Assembly (NCBI GenBank): GCA_964304625.1
Contig: OZ199840.1
Location: forward strand, 6,575,252 to 6,639,251
Source of the DNA: Kudoa neothunni
Taxonomy: Eukaryota > Animalia > Cnidaria
Length of the DNA: 64,000 nt
Direction of reading: 5' to 3'
Shown here piece after piece: positions 1-14,171 of the stretch. The notes under the pieces are model-generated. The model did no database searches. It was not told where the DNA came from and was given only the letters and a program-made list of their open reading frames with translations. A program made the translations under genes and the position numbers. Position 1 is the first letter of the stretch. The number at the start of each line of letters is the position of its first letter.

Positions 1-40
1 ATCCCCTCCCCCCCCCCCCCCTTCCCCCCCTCCCCCCTCC
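1..40. repeat. poly-C low-complexity tract
   Basis: Interrupted C homopolymer at the window start. Confidence 0.9.
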
Positions 41-490
41 TTCATGTTATAGTCGGATAGATTGAAGCATTATAATGCAAGTATTGTTTCCATAGACTTC
101 ATTGAAATCGTCCGTTACGTTGAACTTTCAGTGATTGAATTCAGTGCAAATGGTTATACGTTTATTTCATCCGATTAATTAAATTATTTGTGTTGATATA
201 GGCGTAATTTTGGGTTGTTCGTTGAAAAAAGCGCATTGGAGTTTATGCGGGACCAAAAGATATTAATTTGAGCAATAAAAATTAATCTTCGTAAGTTACT
301 ATCGAGTTATTCAGTTTTTTCTACTTTCACGATCCCTCTAAAATGATCTCAATTGTTTAGTATGCTCATCACAGTCGTTAAAAGTACGATATTTAAAAAA
401 ATTTACTTAATTTCTCCTCTGGGCTAATAAGAGAGTCTTATATTTCTTTATAGTTTGAACATATTCTTCTATGTTGAAATTTTCCCAATC

Positions 491-518
491 CCGTGCGAAG
501 CTGAGCAGTTCGCACTAG
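491..518 (+). mobile_element. Helitron-like 3' end (hairpin + CTAG|T)
   Basis: GTGCGAA-gctgagcag-TTCGCAC hairpin running into CTAG then T; same motif family as 15380-15405. Confidence 0.55.
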
Positions 519-582
519 TAGTTTAAGAAGCGTTTAATTATAAGATAAATAACCGAATAAAAACAAAAGATGATAATAACTA

Positions 583-985
583 ATGCATGATAACGAAATA
601 ATGAGGCAAGGATCGGTAAGAATAGGTGCTGATTTCGAGTGTAAATATGGCACATACGAAGTATTATACATTTTTTTATTTGAAGCATTAATGAAATTAT
701 ATATATTGTGTGATTTTGCTAGTCTTAAATTTTATCCTCGTGTATAAAATAACTTAATTATTCAATACAGGCGTTGTTTAGTACACACAAAAACCCCCTG
801 ATTTAAGCCTGAGTTAAAAAAACAAATAACTTATGGTAGACAGAAAAAATGCAAGATCTTAAAGGAACTCTCAAACTTTTGGCGCCCTGCAAACGATAAC
901 GGTCATGAAATACTAATGTTAAATATTTTATAGTTTAAAGAAAAACGGTGTGACTTCCATTATTTTCTTATAGGCACTCAATAAT
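583..985 (+). CDS. possible ELM2-domain gene fragment (exon 1 583-660; downstream exons unresolved)
   Basis: MHDNEIMRQGSVRIGADFECKYGTYE then a GT donor; GSVRIGADF resembles the ELM2 G-x-IRVG-x-x-YQ motif, and a later ELSNFWRP resembles the ELM2 LW-x-P. No clean full model. Confidence 0.3.
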
Positions 986-1901
986 GTAAATATTTTTTCT
1001 TTTATTTAAAAAAAATCATATTTATTGGTTCGAATTTCCAGTGACACGTGTCAACAGAGCCAAAAGGAAATTACACTGATAATAAATGGGGGGGGGGGGG
1101 GGCTAACTACTTTAACCCCTTTATGTTATTCGAAAACGCCCGCCATCTGACAAACTTTAAGATGAAAATCCTCCAAACCAAATTTTTTCTATTAATATCT
1201 CTATAAAACAATCCTATGGTATGAATCTTGAGAAAAATCCTAACCACTCTCCAATTTAATCCCATTAATCCGATTCGGGGGTACTTATTGAATACCTAAC
1301 TAAATTTCAAATTCCTGTAATGAAACCAAACCAAACCAAAACACAAAAAATAATAAAATAAAATATGATTAAGATCTAAATCAATTGATTTCTATTTGTA
1401 ACAGTCATTACGATAGCAGTTAGTTTTTAACGAAACTCGTCACAATGTACCGTGAGCTCACTAATCCGGATTATTAAAGATTAATTATTGTATTATTTAT
1501 CATTTTTCTCCAAAATCCATCAATAAAACTTATTTTTACCCTCGTATTTACTTCAAATAATTTTTTTAAAAACAACGACTCAACAAAAGTTGGAGTTTTT
1601 TTCATCTCAAAGTTTGTTGGAAGATAATTTTTTAATTCATAGCTAATTTATTTTCATTCCCAACTTTTCCAAGTGATATATATCATTTATTTAAATTAGC
1701 AGAGAAAATCTCATGAATTTCAAAGGAAAATTCTAGATTTCAAGAGAGGATTAAAGTTAAAGTAAACTTGAGATGCATTACACACCAAATTTGTTAATGG
1801 ATTAAAAATATTATTGCATAAGTTTGTGATTTGTTACCTAGATATATCTACATTATTTATTTGATTGGAAGTAAATATTCCACTCCCTGAAATAAGATTA
1901 A

Positions 1902-4694
1902 CCCTCTAAGCTAGCGAAAAATTCCATCCTCTAACGGGCCTGGGGTGAAAAACACCCCAACCTTTTTTTGCTTAATTTTCCTCAAAAAATAATTTTGAAT
2001 TTACTTGAGAATTTTTAGTAGATTCTATCGATAGAATTTGGAGTATATTTACATCTATTACAACTTAATCCGATTCGGCATTATTCGGCAAACAATCTTG
2101 TATTATTTTCAACGAATAATAAGACCTTGCGTTAAGTAGTGCAAAAAACAAGTTACAGTCGAATTGGATATTTCGCGGGTTTTTGGAACCAGCAAAAAAC
2201 CACGCAATATCCAGTTTCATGCGTGCGCGTCACACTGTAAAATACGATTTTCTTGTGCTTACGTTTGATGATTATTCCTACAAGCTTTATTAAAACAATG
2301 ATAACATAGAATTCAATTAAGGAAGAGTTACTAGATTTTATCAAAAAATCTTGTGATTTTTGTATGCCGAAATCTTTCTATTGATATTTTTTAAATTCTG
2401 TCCGTCGTGGGATATAAATCAAACAATATTGATGGAGCCTCTTGAATTAAAACTTCCATTAAAATGTTAACCATATTTTTTATTTATTTTATTAAGTTTT
2501 TGACTTCTTTAATAATTGGTTCGATATCATCAGTTTAACCATTGTGGTCAATAAGTCCGCATGATTTTGATTCTCACATGTTGCAGCATTATCATCGTCA
2601 AATATATTTTCGTAAACTTCAAATTCATTTAATACGATTAATTATGTATTCATAAAATATTACTTTGTGAACTGTTTCTGGCTGGGGATATATTTCTTAA
2701 ATCTTGTTTTATAAACTGATTCAACTTTTTTATTACAGTTATATATTACTACCAAGCCAAGCATTTTTGATTTTTAGAACAATTAAATATAATTTCTAGC
2801 GTAATACTCTCCCAACATTTAATTAATGGCATGATTGAGTTTAGTAATGTTTATTTTTCATGCATTTTATGATGCTTAAATTAGAGTTTGTAGAATATTA
2901 GTTGTTTTTTGGTAGGAAAAAAATTTCAATATTTTGGGGATCAAGATGATATTGGCCAACAGAATTAAAACTTTTCTGTTCTCATTTATCATTCTTTGGT
3001 TCAACTTTCTAATTATGTTTATAAATCTACTACACCTCATCCGTGTGTTTTTTGAATAATATTCACGCCATAGATGTTTAATCAGTTGAAACACCCAGGA
3101 TTTTGAAATTTACCAATTCAAACAGATGGGAATTTACTCCTATTTAGTAAAAGTGACAGTAAAACATTCATTATTTTTTGGATATTTTGTCCCTTATATT
3201 CCGACTTTATCCTTTAAAACATAAGTAATGTTTTGTAATTACTCACAAAAGAAGGGAAGTTTCATCAATGTTTATAACGTCTTTAAGATTATATGCCTTA
3301 ACCAAATTAGTGTCTTCAACAGTCCATGAGTCAATTGATAAAATTTCTGTATTCGCAGTCTCACGATGAAACATATTGAACGCTATCCCATATTTAGACG
3401 TGGAATCTAAAAACCACCATTAGCTAGACTTTAAATTGAAAATTTCTTGTTTATTTGCAAAATATAAAGCAACTTTGATAATAACACATCTCAGCAGAAC
3501 ATTATCATTCGACCATTGTTTAATCATCAAACCATACAGCTCACATCTATATTTTTAATTTCCCCGAAAAATGTGCCCTCCTTTTAGCTTCAATATCCGT
3601 AATGTTGAATTTATCTTCATGTGAACAAATTATATCAATTTTTAAATGACCTTAAACGTGACAATGTATTAATATTCAAAATAGATCACCACATCATTCA
3701 ACTCAAACTTAGAAATTGTCATTTTCTCACAACTGTCAATATTTTTATCGAATTATAATAATCAACGATTTCTCTCTTCTCTTAATTATAATGTTTTTAA
3801 CGGGAAATAATGAAGAAAACACTTCTATTTTTAAATAGATGGGTTACTAAAACCACGCAATAACGAATCGCGACGTGTCTATTAACCACGCAATAACGAG
3901 ACTATATATATAAGTAATAAATTCCCTTATTTTTTAATGTTAACGATGTTTACAAAATGATAAAATAATAACAATGCAAAAAATTAGTTTTCTCTCTAAA
4001 AAGAATAACTTCGAAATTTTGGAATTACGCAGTATCCAATCTCGACTGTATTATCTAACTCACCACGAAGGGAGTGGATATCATCAAAAAATTCACTGAA
4101 GGCGCTCATTTTAATTCACTCACCAAAGGGGTTCAACTAGTCCAAGCTTCTTGCTCAAATAACCCCATTTTCTGTATAACCCAAGTTGGCGCATAATTAA
4201 AATAAAATCTCCGAGGAAGTATTTCTCAACGTTATAATTCAATAATAAACTTTTATTCGTTATTAAAACCCGATGTATCAGATAAAATCAATGTTTCTCC
4301 GTCCTTCCGATATGAGAACCTCAATACTATACCAACGGAAACTTTCGAGCGATCGACGAAGAATGCCGCATTGGATTAGGTGGGATACTAATTGCATATT
4401 TTCTTGGAAATTTGCCGATTGAATTTTAGGGGAGTTTATCATTTAATTATTTATAAATTTTCGAGTTAATATAAGAAAAAAACCCTGGGGTGTTTTTCAC
4501 CCCAAACTCGCTAGAGGATGGAATTTTGTTGGGCATTACTTGAACTTATATTTTAGCCAAGTTTTTGATCGGTGGTACATTCAATAAATATAGGAGAATA
4601 GCGTAGATTTCAATTTTCTACGAGAAGGTTGTAAAGTTTTATGCCCACATTAAATGTGGTTTCGGGTGTAATACGCCCCAAGTCAGTTAGAGGG
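1902..4694. mobile_element. non-autonomous piggyBac element carrying a nested Tigger
   Basis: TTAA at 1898-1901 and 4695-4698; termini CCCTCTAA...TTAGAGGG; subterminal inverted repeat ~1918-1960 vs ~4485-4527; both ends match the element at 29607-32572. Confidence 0.85.
2156..4048 (-). mobile_element. Tigger/pogo DNA transposon with decayed transposase
   Basis: TIRs CAGTCGAATTGGATA / TATCCAATCTCGACTG flanked by TA (2154-2155, 4049-4050); minus-strand IGKFQNPGCF resembles the pogo IGKSKNPRCF motif; many stops. Confidence 0.85.
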
Positions 4695-4825
4695 TTAAGA
4701 TAAAATAAATATTAATTGTTTGAAATCCATTAGCTACACCTTCCCCTCCAGTTTTATATTTCTGTTCAAACAAAGCAGCGAGTGTATTAAACAACAAAAA
4801 ATAAATAGTTTCATGTATGTATGTA

Positions 4826-4847
4826 TATATATATATATATATATATA
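4826..4847. repeat. (TA)n microsatellite
   Basis: Direct inspection. Confidence 0.9.
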
Positions 4848-4849
4848 TT

Positions 4850-6075
4850 TTAACATCTTCAACTTAGGGTCACCGAGCTAGATCTCAATAACGCACATAC
4901 TTATGACGTTGAGTTTCACAAACGCAACAAAATATCGTGTGTATAATGGAAACGGCATACAACCTGACTACTAATGCAATAAAGTAAAATCAGACTACGC
5001 TAAGTCGAATGTCCCCAAGATAAATCATTAGAAAGGTCGAGACTTCGAAAACAGGGTGATTGTTTCGATTACGATTGACTGACTAAACGCTACGTAATGC
5101 ACAGATTATGGATTAATCCAAAATATGCTTTTTTAATTATCACACACGCGTACACAAAATAATAATAATAATGTAGATTAGTTGCGTAGGACACTCTCCA
5201 ATCACATTATCTTTATTACGACGTGAATAAAGCGTGTATCAAATTGTTAACACTAAAAATTTATATGATAGCCTACCCAAAGTTGGCCGTACTTTGAGAT
5301 AACAAGCAATGTTCTTTGGAGATTGTGATCAGCAAACACCAACCAGCTATGCAGTCCGAAAGGATAAATGAGTTTACACGAAGATTCTCATGTAATGCCT
5401 GATATCGACAACAGTACATCGAAATACCCTCAATTGTATATTGGATAGTGATTAAAGTTCAATATACATTTGGGTGGCACAATGAAGCGTTAATTGATTC
5501 TTTGAAAAATATTTCTACCAATAATATCCCCTTGAAAAGCATTAACTGATCAGATTTAATTCTGGAAAACACCTAGAAACTTTAAGGCTAATAAGCCGGT
5601 TGTGTGAAAATTTCCTGTATCTGGTTTTTGGGGGGTTGGTGTGAAACGTTGGAGTAAACTTTGTGTAAAGTGCAACCGAAAAGTGATGCCGATAAAATTT
5701 TCCAACTGGATAAGCATGGAATTAACACAAAATAATATGTGATGAATCGATGTGATAATCTCACCGAGCATTACGAATGATGATTCCGAGGTTGCCTTTT
5801 AGCTGCATTGCTAATGTTATCCATAACAGATAGAACCATCTAAAATATTTATATTTGTTAAAAATATTATTTCATACAGTTGGTAATTATAAATTATCCC
5901 AGTTCGGTGTGTAATCGTTAGTTGAATTGTGGCACTGGTTGGCAGCACTTTGTTTACAATCCACATATGTAATCAATCACCTCCCAAGGTGGTCAGTCTG
6001 TAGCATTAAATTGTTCAATATCAAACCCAACCTCTGAAATTAATAGAAACCTTCATAACAACGATATCAGCATTG
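4850..6075 (-). CDS. putative uncharacterised multi-exon gene, head-to-head with CDC42
   Basis: GC-elevated blocks separated by short minus-strand GT...AG spacers (e.g. GTATG...TTTAG ~5839-5877, GTGAG...CCAG ~5705-5763); no recognisable domain; boundaries approximate. Confidence 0.35.
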
Positions 6076-6293
6076 TTATTACAGTCGTGTGTAATCAGCT
6101 CAAGGTTATAAGTAAGCGGGCGGCTGGATAATTAACTAAAATAAACGCCCCTAGTAACAGGAACGAAGATTAGTGTAAGAGTCGTAGTGATCGTTGGTGG
6201 CAGTGAATTGTTACCTAAATAGATCGACAAATGGTGTAAGGAGTCGTTTCCATTTTGTTTATAATAGCTTAATACGATTATTGATTGAAATAA

Positions 6294-7186
<893 letters not shown>

Positions 7187-7351
7187 CGAATTTATCTGCT
7201 CTCAATAATACCAATAATCTGATTTGATTCTATCGACAACATCTTCAAATCTATTTATATATTCTTTATATATCATTATTCTCCATATTATTATACTACT
7301 ACTACTATCATGAATGAATTTTCATTGCTGTTCTGCTTCTCAACTACTACA

Positions 7352-7381
7352 CCACACATACACACACACACACACACACAC
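7352..7381. repeat. (CA)n microsatellite in the CDC42 3' region
   Basis: Direct inspection. Confidence 0.9.
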
Positions 7382-8787
7382 TTGTTTCAACTGCTATCAT
7401 ATTTTCCTTCGTCTGTCAAAACTGTCGTCATCAACACATTATTCAGTATGTGTTCTTATTCACTTTATACCATTGTTACAATTTTATCTTCTTCAACTTA
7501 TAGTCAATATTTCAACCATTATCACAATTCAAATTTCTCTCACATCGCACTCTACTATTAAACATCGTTAACTTTGATAGTTTTAATTTGATTTTGTGTT
7601 TTAACTGAGTCTTTGCTTTGGTTTGCTACTTTACTTAGATCACATTTACATAATTTAGAATAATAGGAGATATTATTATCATTGAAATAAATTTTTAACT
7701 AATTTCCTGTTATTATTTCACCTAATTCTTTCACTGGTATCAAATGTTTGCATGAGTTACACCAATTGCATTGAAATTGAGACTTATTTTTCTATTAGAT
7801 GTCCAATTGTCTCGTTGCACATGATTCGCACATGGTCGTTTGTTGCGCTACGTTTGCATTGATTCGGGATTTTTAGTAGGCTTTCCTTAGGTGGCCCCTT
7901 CGGTCTAATCCAATCCGATTTCAGGATTTATTCAGCATTATTGATGATAATACCCAGTTTTTGATTCATTCTAATTTTTTGTCAAGTAAATATTGCACGC
8001 ATCTAAATTTTGATGTGGTTATCATGAAACAACCGTTTTGATGCAACATCAGTTTGATTTAGTTAAACTCAAAGATATTTAAATCGAATAAACACACAAT
8101 GTTACAGGTATTACAAATTGGTATTTAATTTCCAAAAGAAAAAAGTTCAATGAATTTGATAATTTCTAATTGCACGTGCGAGCATGTTAACAAAGGTCGC
8201 AATTTACGATTATCAGTAATGGCACGTTTATGATGAAAAAATATGGCATATGTTTACAATATTATTCATAAAGTTATCATAACTTAAAGTTTTAAGGTTT
8301 TTTATCGGATAATAAAAAAAGGCATTGGTTACTGACACGGAAGTTTTTAATCCAAACTGGAAAACACGTTGCACGGCGTCCATTTTTAATCCCGGATACT
8401 CCTTTTTTATAGTTTATCTATAAAGTTTATTTTTTAGAATCTGTCCGTATTTAATTATTTTTGACCATTAGCAGCGATAGCGAAGGGCCAAAAATAATTA
8501 AATACAATCAAAACTATATCTACCTGGATATTATGATCCATGTCAATAGCCACTTCCAATTTTTAATCTCATCAACTTTACCCGCAATATAAGGCATATA
8601 CATGCGCAGACAATAAAAATAATTATTTTTTGAAAATGTTCGTTAATTTTCTTGGTTTTGCTCGTTTTTGTTGACAATTTGGTGCAATGTTTGGTTATGA
8701 GGATTTTAACTGAACTTAACATATGCGCAATCAGCAGAAAAACAGTACGGCGCCACTTCCTGAAGGCTACGGCTCGTAGGTTCGAAC

Positions 8788-11700
8788 TAGAGTTTCTACG
8801 CGTGTCATGTCACGCTTATCACGCCCTATCTTGCTTATAAACCTTAAATGAGATTGATTTTTTAACATATATCAATTATATTTCATTAAAGATTAGTGCT
8901 GATATATAATTGCAAAATGAAAACATTACTACGTGTTTTAAAAAGCGGGAGAATTGATATATAACAAATTATTCAAGGATTACTGTTTTTCATCCAACAT
9001 CTCATTGTCGTAACAAAAAGAATTTACTGGATATGCTCCAACAAAAAATTAAATAAAAAATCAATTTGTAGCATCTCAAATAAAAAACTTTAACCCAAAA
9101 ACATTATTAATCATGGAATAATACCTATAAAAAAAATTTTTTTAAGCGATTCTGTTGAAATAAAACTGATCCGTGTACAAATTTCAGTTCTATTAAGATT
9201 AAACTTTCAAGTCAACTACGAAATTCTCAATGCTTATATGTTCAACAAGAAATTTATAGGATGCTATGAAATATATGAATGACATTTTTATTAAATTAAA
9301 TTAAATTATAAGTATTGAAACATTTGTTTTAGCCTCCAAACTTAAGAATGGTTCGTTAGAACCATTCTTAAGTAATATAATAAATCGAGACCGCATAAGA
9401 TAAATTTGGAATCGACAAGGCTGAGGAAGTCTGAGAAATTCTAATGTCAAGTTTTTTGAAGCAACTGTTATATGTAAAAATCTTTTTAAAACATGCCATG
9501 TTATATTATTTCACAGCGTTGATATAATTTTCGGAAAATTTAGTGTAAATAGTTTCCCAGTTAAATTATATCACCACCGAACTTTCTACTTCTGTCTAAA
9601 CATTAGCAACTATTTTCTTATAAAATGGTAAGAGAAGCACATTATTAATTGTAATCCTTTTCTCTGAATACTCATTTTAATCCAAAATCCGAATATCACG
9701 CCAAAAATCTGGCATAGACGATATTGTTTATATGGTGTCTATGATTTTGCCTCCCTCCTACTCTGCTTCTCCTTTACCCAATGGAAACCTGCAAAAGGAT
9801 AGTCAGTGATTTCATAAATATCTTTAAGGAAACAACTGACGTACAAGGCTTATCAACGATGAAACACTTTTCCGCGGGAAGCGGAGGCGCGCCATGGTCA
9901 AAACAGAGACCCCTTATCTTCCGAATTAGCCGCCTCTCATCCTATATAAACATTCATTATTTTCTAAAAAATATTATCTCTTTTTGCTTTATCAGTGTTT
10001 CTTTTGAGCAATGCGTTCTTGACTTAAATACAACGGCTCGAAGCGAGTAGTAGCTTTGGTTGGAGGTTTTTCAAATAAACGAATGATGATCGAATGGCAA
10101 AATGTAGTTTGTGTGGTGAGAAAAGAATCCTCAAGGATGTGGCCGGTAAACGAACAACGATGGCATAACCAGACATCTCTTGACGGTCCAGAATATTACA
10201 AAGGGAAGCTATAATGAATTCTGTATTTTTCCTCCTTCAATTTTACTTATGAAATTTTTTATAGCGAAGAAAAAGAATACATTAGATTCATTTAGAGCCA
10301 AAAAATTGAATAGAAACCAAACGCTCGTCACTATGATTGCCATTGACGGTTTCCCAATGAACCAAATATTCAAAAGTGACTCTATGAAAATTGCTTTCGA
10401 AAAATTTGAGTGGGGGATGCCACAAAATCCGCCATCAATAAAAGAAATTATTTTATCTGAAGTAATCGAAAAAAGAAAAAAACTTAAAAGAGAAAATTTA
10501 ATATGAGTATGAAAAAGGGAAAAGATTTACGGCAATAATTGATGACTGGACTTCTACTGCCCCAAAAAAAGGTACGTGGCAGAAATTTTGACTTCCGACA
10601 TTAAAATATACATACAACCATTGGAGTGGTGCCCATAATTGGTAAAGCTGATGCCCTCAAACTTAAACAGATATTTGAGAGCAAGCTTTCCCAATTCAAT
10701 TAAAAAACCAGACTCATTAGTCGCCGTTGTTTCAGATGGGCTGCGGTTACGGAAGTTCTACAAAAAATTCTTTCATGTATATCCCAAGTTTGCCTCGTTC
10801 ATGGAGTCCATTTGACAATTAAAGGAGTCATTGGTAGCAGCAATAAAAATCATTGCGACGATGATTCTACTGACGATTCTAGTGATGTTTCATCAGACAA
10901 TGACCTACTGGAAACTATTATTGATGGAAATTCTTTTTATGAATTATTTTTCAAGTTTAAAACAAAAGAATTATTCTGGAGCTGTGGCGGAAATGAAAAA
11001 GATCATTAACATTTTTAAGCACCTGGGCAATCTTACAAGAAAAATTGAATATGTGAAGAAAACATGAAAATAAAAACCACTGAGTCTCATAACCCATGTT
11101 GAAACAAGGTGGAATAGCCTTCACAATGCGGTGGATACATTCTTTGAATTATATCCAAATATAGCTAAAGTTCTGTCTGATGAAAATTCAAAAAGAATTT
11201 CCTAATTTATTCGTATTTTATTATCATTTTTAATGTTTTAAAAAGAAACAACTCATTGCTTATCCATCTGTTTCAGATATCGTTCTTCTGGAGGATATCA
11301 AAGTGTCATTGGCACCGATTGTTCATTTGATAAATTCATTGTCGAAAGAATAGTCAACTACAAAGATGCAGACACAATTTTGGAATTTGTACTGAGAAAA
11401 CTGTATGAAAATACAGAATCCTAACCTCTCTCAGCAATTCTATTATTACTTGTAGCAAAGAATTCAAGAACGCCGAAACGTTGTTTTGGCGACAAGCGTG
11501 TGTTCTTTAAATAATGCATACAAATTTGGAGACAATACAAGACTTCCATATTGCATTAAAAAAGAGTGCTACGACTTCATTGAAAGGCAATACATTAAGA
11601 CTCTTTAACAATGAGGAGAATGTAAAAGTCGAGGATATTTTCCTAAATCATGTTGCTGGGAAGCACCAAGACATCGATCAGAGTTTAAAACTTTTCTGAG

Positions 11701-12150
11701 CTCAAGACAAAACCGAAAAGTTCCCAAAGCCCTATTTTAGACACCCCCTCAGATTCAAAGATATTGAGGGTGTTTGGAACGAAGAACTGGGTCAAATAAA
11801 AAGTGTGCTCGAAAGCATACCACCCTCAAGCGTGTATGTGAACGAGCATTCCTCTAAGTCTGGAAACTTCTTAAGAAAAAGAAACAAACTTTGGATATGA
11901 AATGCTAGACTCCCTTATGGTATTATCATAATATAAAAATGTATTATTTGGTTATTAATTTTATTGTATTTCTACGCGCCTCTTTTTTACAAATCTGCAT
12001 CCCTCTAACGCAATGGTTCTTACTTCTTTTGCCGCGGTTCGACAGGAACTAAGTGCGAAAAAAAAAAACATTTTTTCTGTAAAGCAGGGTTTTTAGGCGT
12101 ATCACGTCACCCCACCACGCATTCACGCATCACGGTTTTTAGAAACTCTA
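8788..12150 (+). mobile_element. hAT DNA transposon, full length, decayed
   Basis: 11-bp TIR TAGAGTTTCTA / TAGAAACTCTA; perfect 8-bp TSD GTTCGAAC (8780-8787, 12151-12158). Confidence 0.92.
10000..11930 (+). pseudogene. hAT transposase pseudogene
   Basis: BED-finger-like KCSLCG, IDDWTS (~10540), VAVVSDG, CLVHGVHL (CxxH), ETRWNS (~11100), IPPSSVYV.RAF (hATC dimerisation region); frameshifts and stops. Confidence 0.88.
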
Positions 12151-12887
12151 GTTCGAACCATGTCCGCGAATAATCATTAATTTATAATGCTTGATTATTT
12201 TGATTTTATCTTCGATGCTTCTCTAAGATAATTGTCATTTTCGGTATTTTGTGTCAGAATTTTGAATATTAGGATTAAAATGAAAAATTTGAGTGACGCA
12301 GTAGCAAGAACATCAATTTTCTAAATTTTGTTTTCATCTTATATAAAATTAAAGACAATAAAATAAATTTCTGACTTTTTATATTATTATTTTTTCCCTT
12401 ATCAAGATAAAATTATCAAATGATATGCTAAAATATAACAAATCACGCAGTATCGAGTTTCTGTATTTTTTCCGGCTCATTTTAATATTTTTAGGAAGAG
12501 GCTATTTGTTGGTTGAATTTTAATCATAAACGATTTGTACGTTTGTTTGAGAAAAATTTTTAATCTCAACTATTTTTACTCGCAATATATATGCAGATTC
12601 AATCCTTTTAGAATCCGCTATATTTAATTATTTCTGACCTCTAAGGAGCGAAACGGACGGCCAAATATAATTAAGTGCAACTAAAACTAATGACATCTGA
12701 ATATTACTTACCGTGCCGATAGCCACTTTCAAGTTTATTATTGTATTTATCAATCAACAAATATTTAATCAGTGAACTTATATCAATCAACAATTATTAA
12801 TTCTTAATCCGAAACGTATGTTTTCTCATTAAATATAAACATTACTTAAAAATTAGAAAATTTCTGTTGTTGAAAAACTTTAATGGG

Positions 12888-13573
12888 TAGACGCTGTAGG
12901 CACCGCAGGGCGAGTAACATCTGCCTCTCGCCCATTATTTCTTTGTAGTAGTTCGAAAGTTTAACCCATTAAACATCCTATTTTCCCGGAGTTACCCTTA
13001 CCCCCAGTCTTATTCTATCCATAAGAAGAAGCGTTCTACAGAGTTTCAAGCTGGATAATGTATGTTCGACGATTCATACATCAAATTCAACTTCTTCTGC
13101 TAGATTGAGCTATAAATGCATGTGAAATTTTGCTTATAATGAAATCACACTCGAATAACAAATACCACTAGGGGCAGAGGTGGGATAAGAATGACCCGCG
13201 AACTCTTTCATTACGTATGTCGGAAAAATTTAATATTATTCAATATTTAATATGTATTTTATTCTTGTTGTGTAGAGAACATTTCCTCAAAGGATTCCAT
13301 CCATTCGATTTGAAATGAACTAAATAACAAAAAATTATTGTTCGATTAGCATTCTAATGGTAGTATGAAAGATTATTTTGAATATAATGATCCCTTGTCA
13401 TAATATATTATTTCCGTGCGACCCACGTATAAGAAAGATTTCTCACCATATACCTGTATTAAGAGATATGGACACATTCTTACGGAAGCAACAGACTGAT
13501 CAACAGCGGAGATCGAACCTAATTCCTCCAGGTGTTGAGTCGAGTCATCACACCACTGAGTTGTGTCTTAAGC
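12888..13573 (-). mobile_element. tRNA-derived SINE copy (older; internal insertion ~13060-13440; 3' end truncated)
   Basis: Head (minus strand) GCTTAAGACACAACTCAGTGG...GGTTCGATCTCC; body GGATGTTTAATGGGTTAAA...CCTGCGGTGCCTACAGCGT aligns with the copies at 30271-30742 and 44843-45269. Confidence 0.75.
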
Positions 13574-14171
13574 TTAAAGCTGAGCTAATAGTTTTTTGTC
13601 ACGTTAAGGCTCATTTGGAATATAATAATATATTTTAAGTTTTTACGCTATTATCTTCTATGTGGAAAAATTTAAATATTCTAAAATAGGGCGGATTAGT
13701 GGAACCATATTAATACCATTTGGATCGAGTAAATGTGTTAGATTTCGATTGAATTCCTAATATAGGATATAATAATTCAAATCTTTTAATTCTGAATAGA
13801 CTTTCTAAGAAACAAATTCTAAATCTAATCTAATTGGTCTGAACTGTAAATAGCCTTAGAAAATAATTGAAAACTATGACCATAAAAAGATATGTGCTGA
13901 ACCGAAACAACCTCAAACAAAAAATTCACTCAGTTGTGTTCAATTGATAATACACTGAAAAAGATAAATCAGATATTGGATAGGTGGTAGCTGAATTTTA
14001 CATAACCCTTCCATCAAAGGCATTATACATTAATTCGGGTGATAATTATTCTGGTTTGAGTTCCATCATATAGTATCTTATTCACCCCATTTTATTTCTT
14101 TTGTGTTGTATATACATAAATTCAATGATTATAGATTGAGAATTTTATTTGTGACTATCCGTCTGCAAATT

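Noticed and set aside
1088-1102. G-run (and C-runs at 1-40 and ~17867-17876) as functional G-quadruplex or telomere signal
   Set aside because: Simple homopolymers with no telomeric repeat unit or supporting context.
5556-5940. Similarity to SNIP1 or alpha-fucosidase N-termini
   Set aside because: Only 5-8-residue matches; the downstream conserved motifs are absent.
7310-7571. His/Thr-rich ORFs
   Set aside because: Translation of the (CA)n microsatellite downstream of CDC42.
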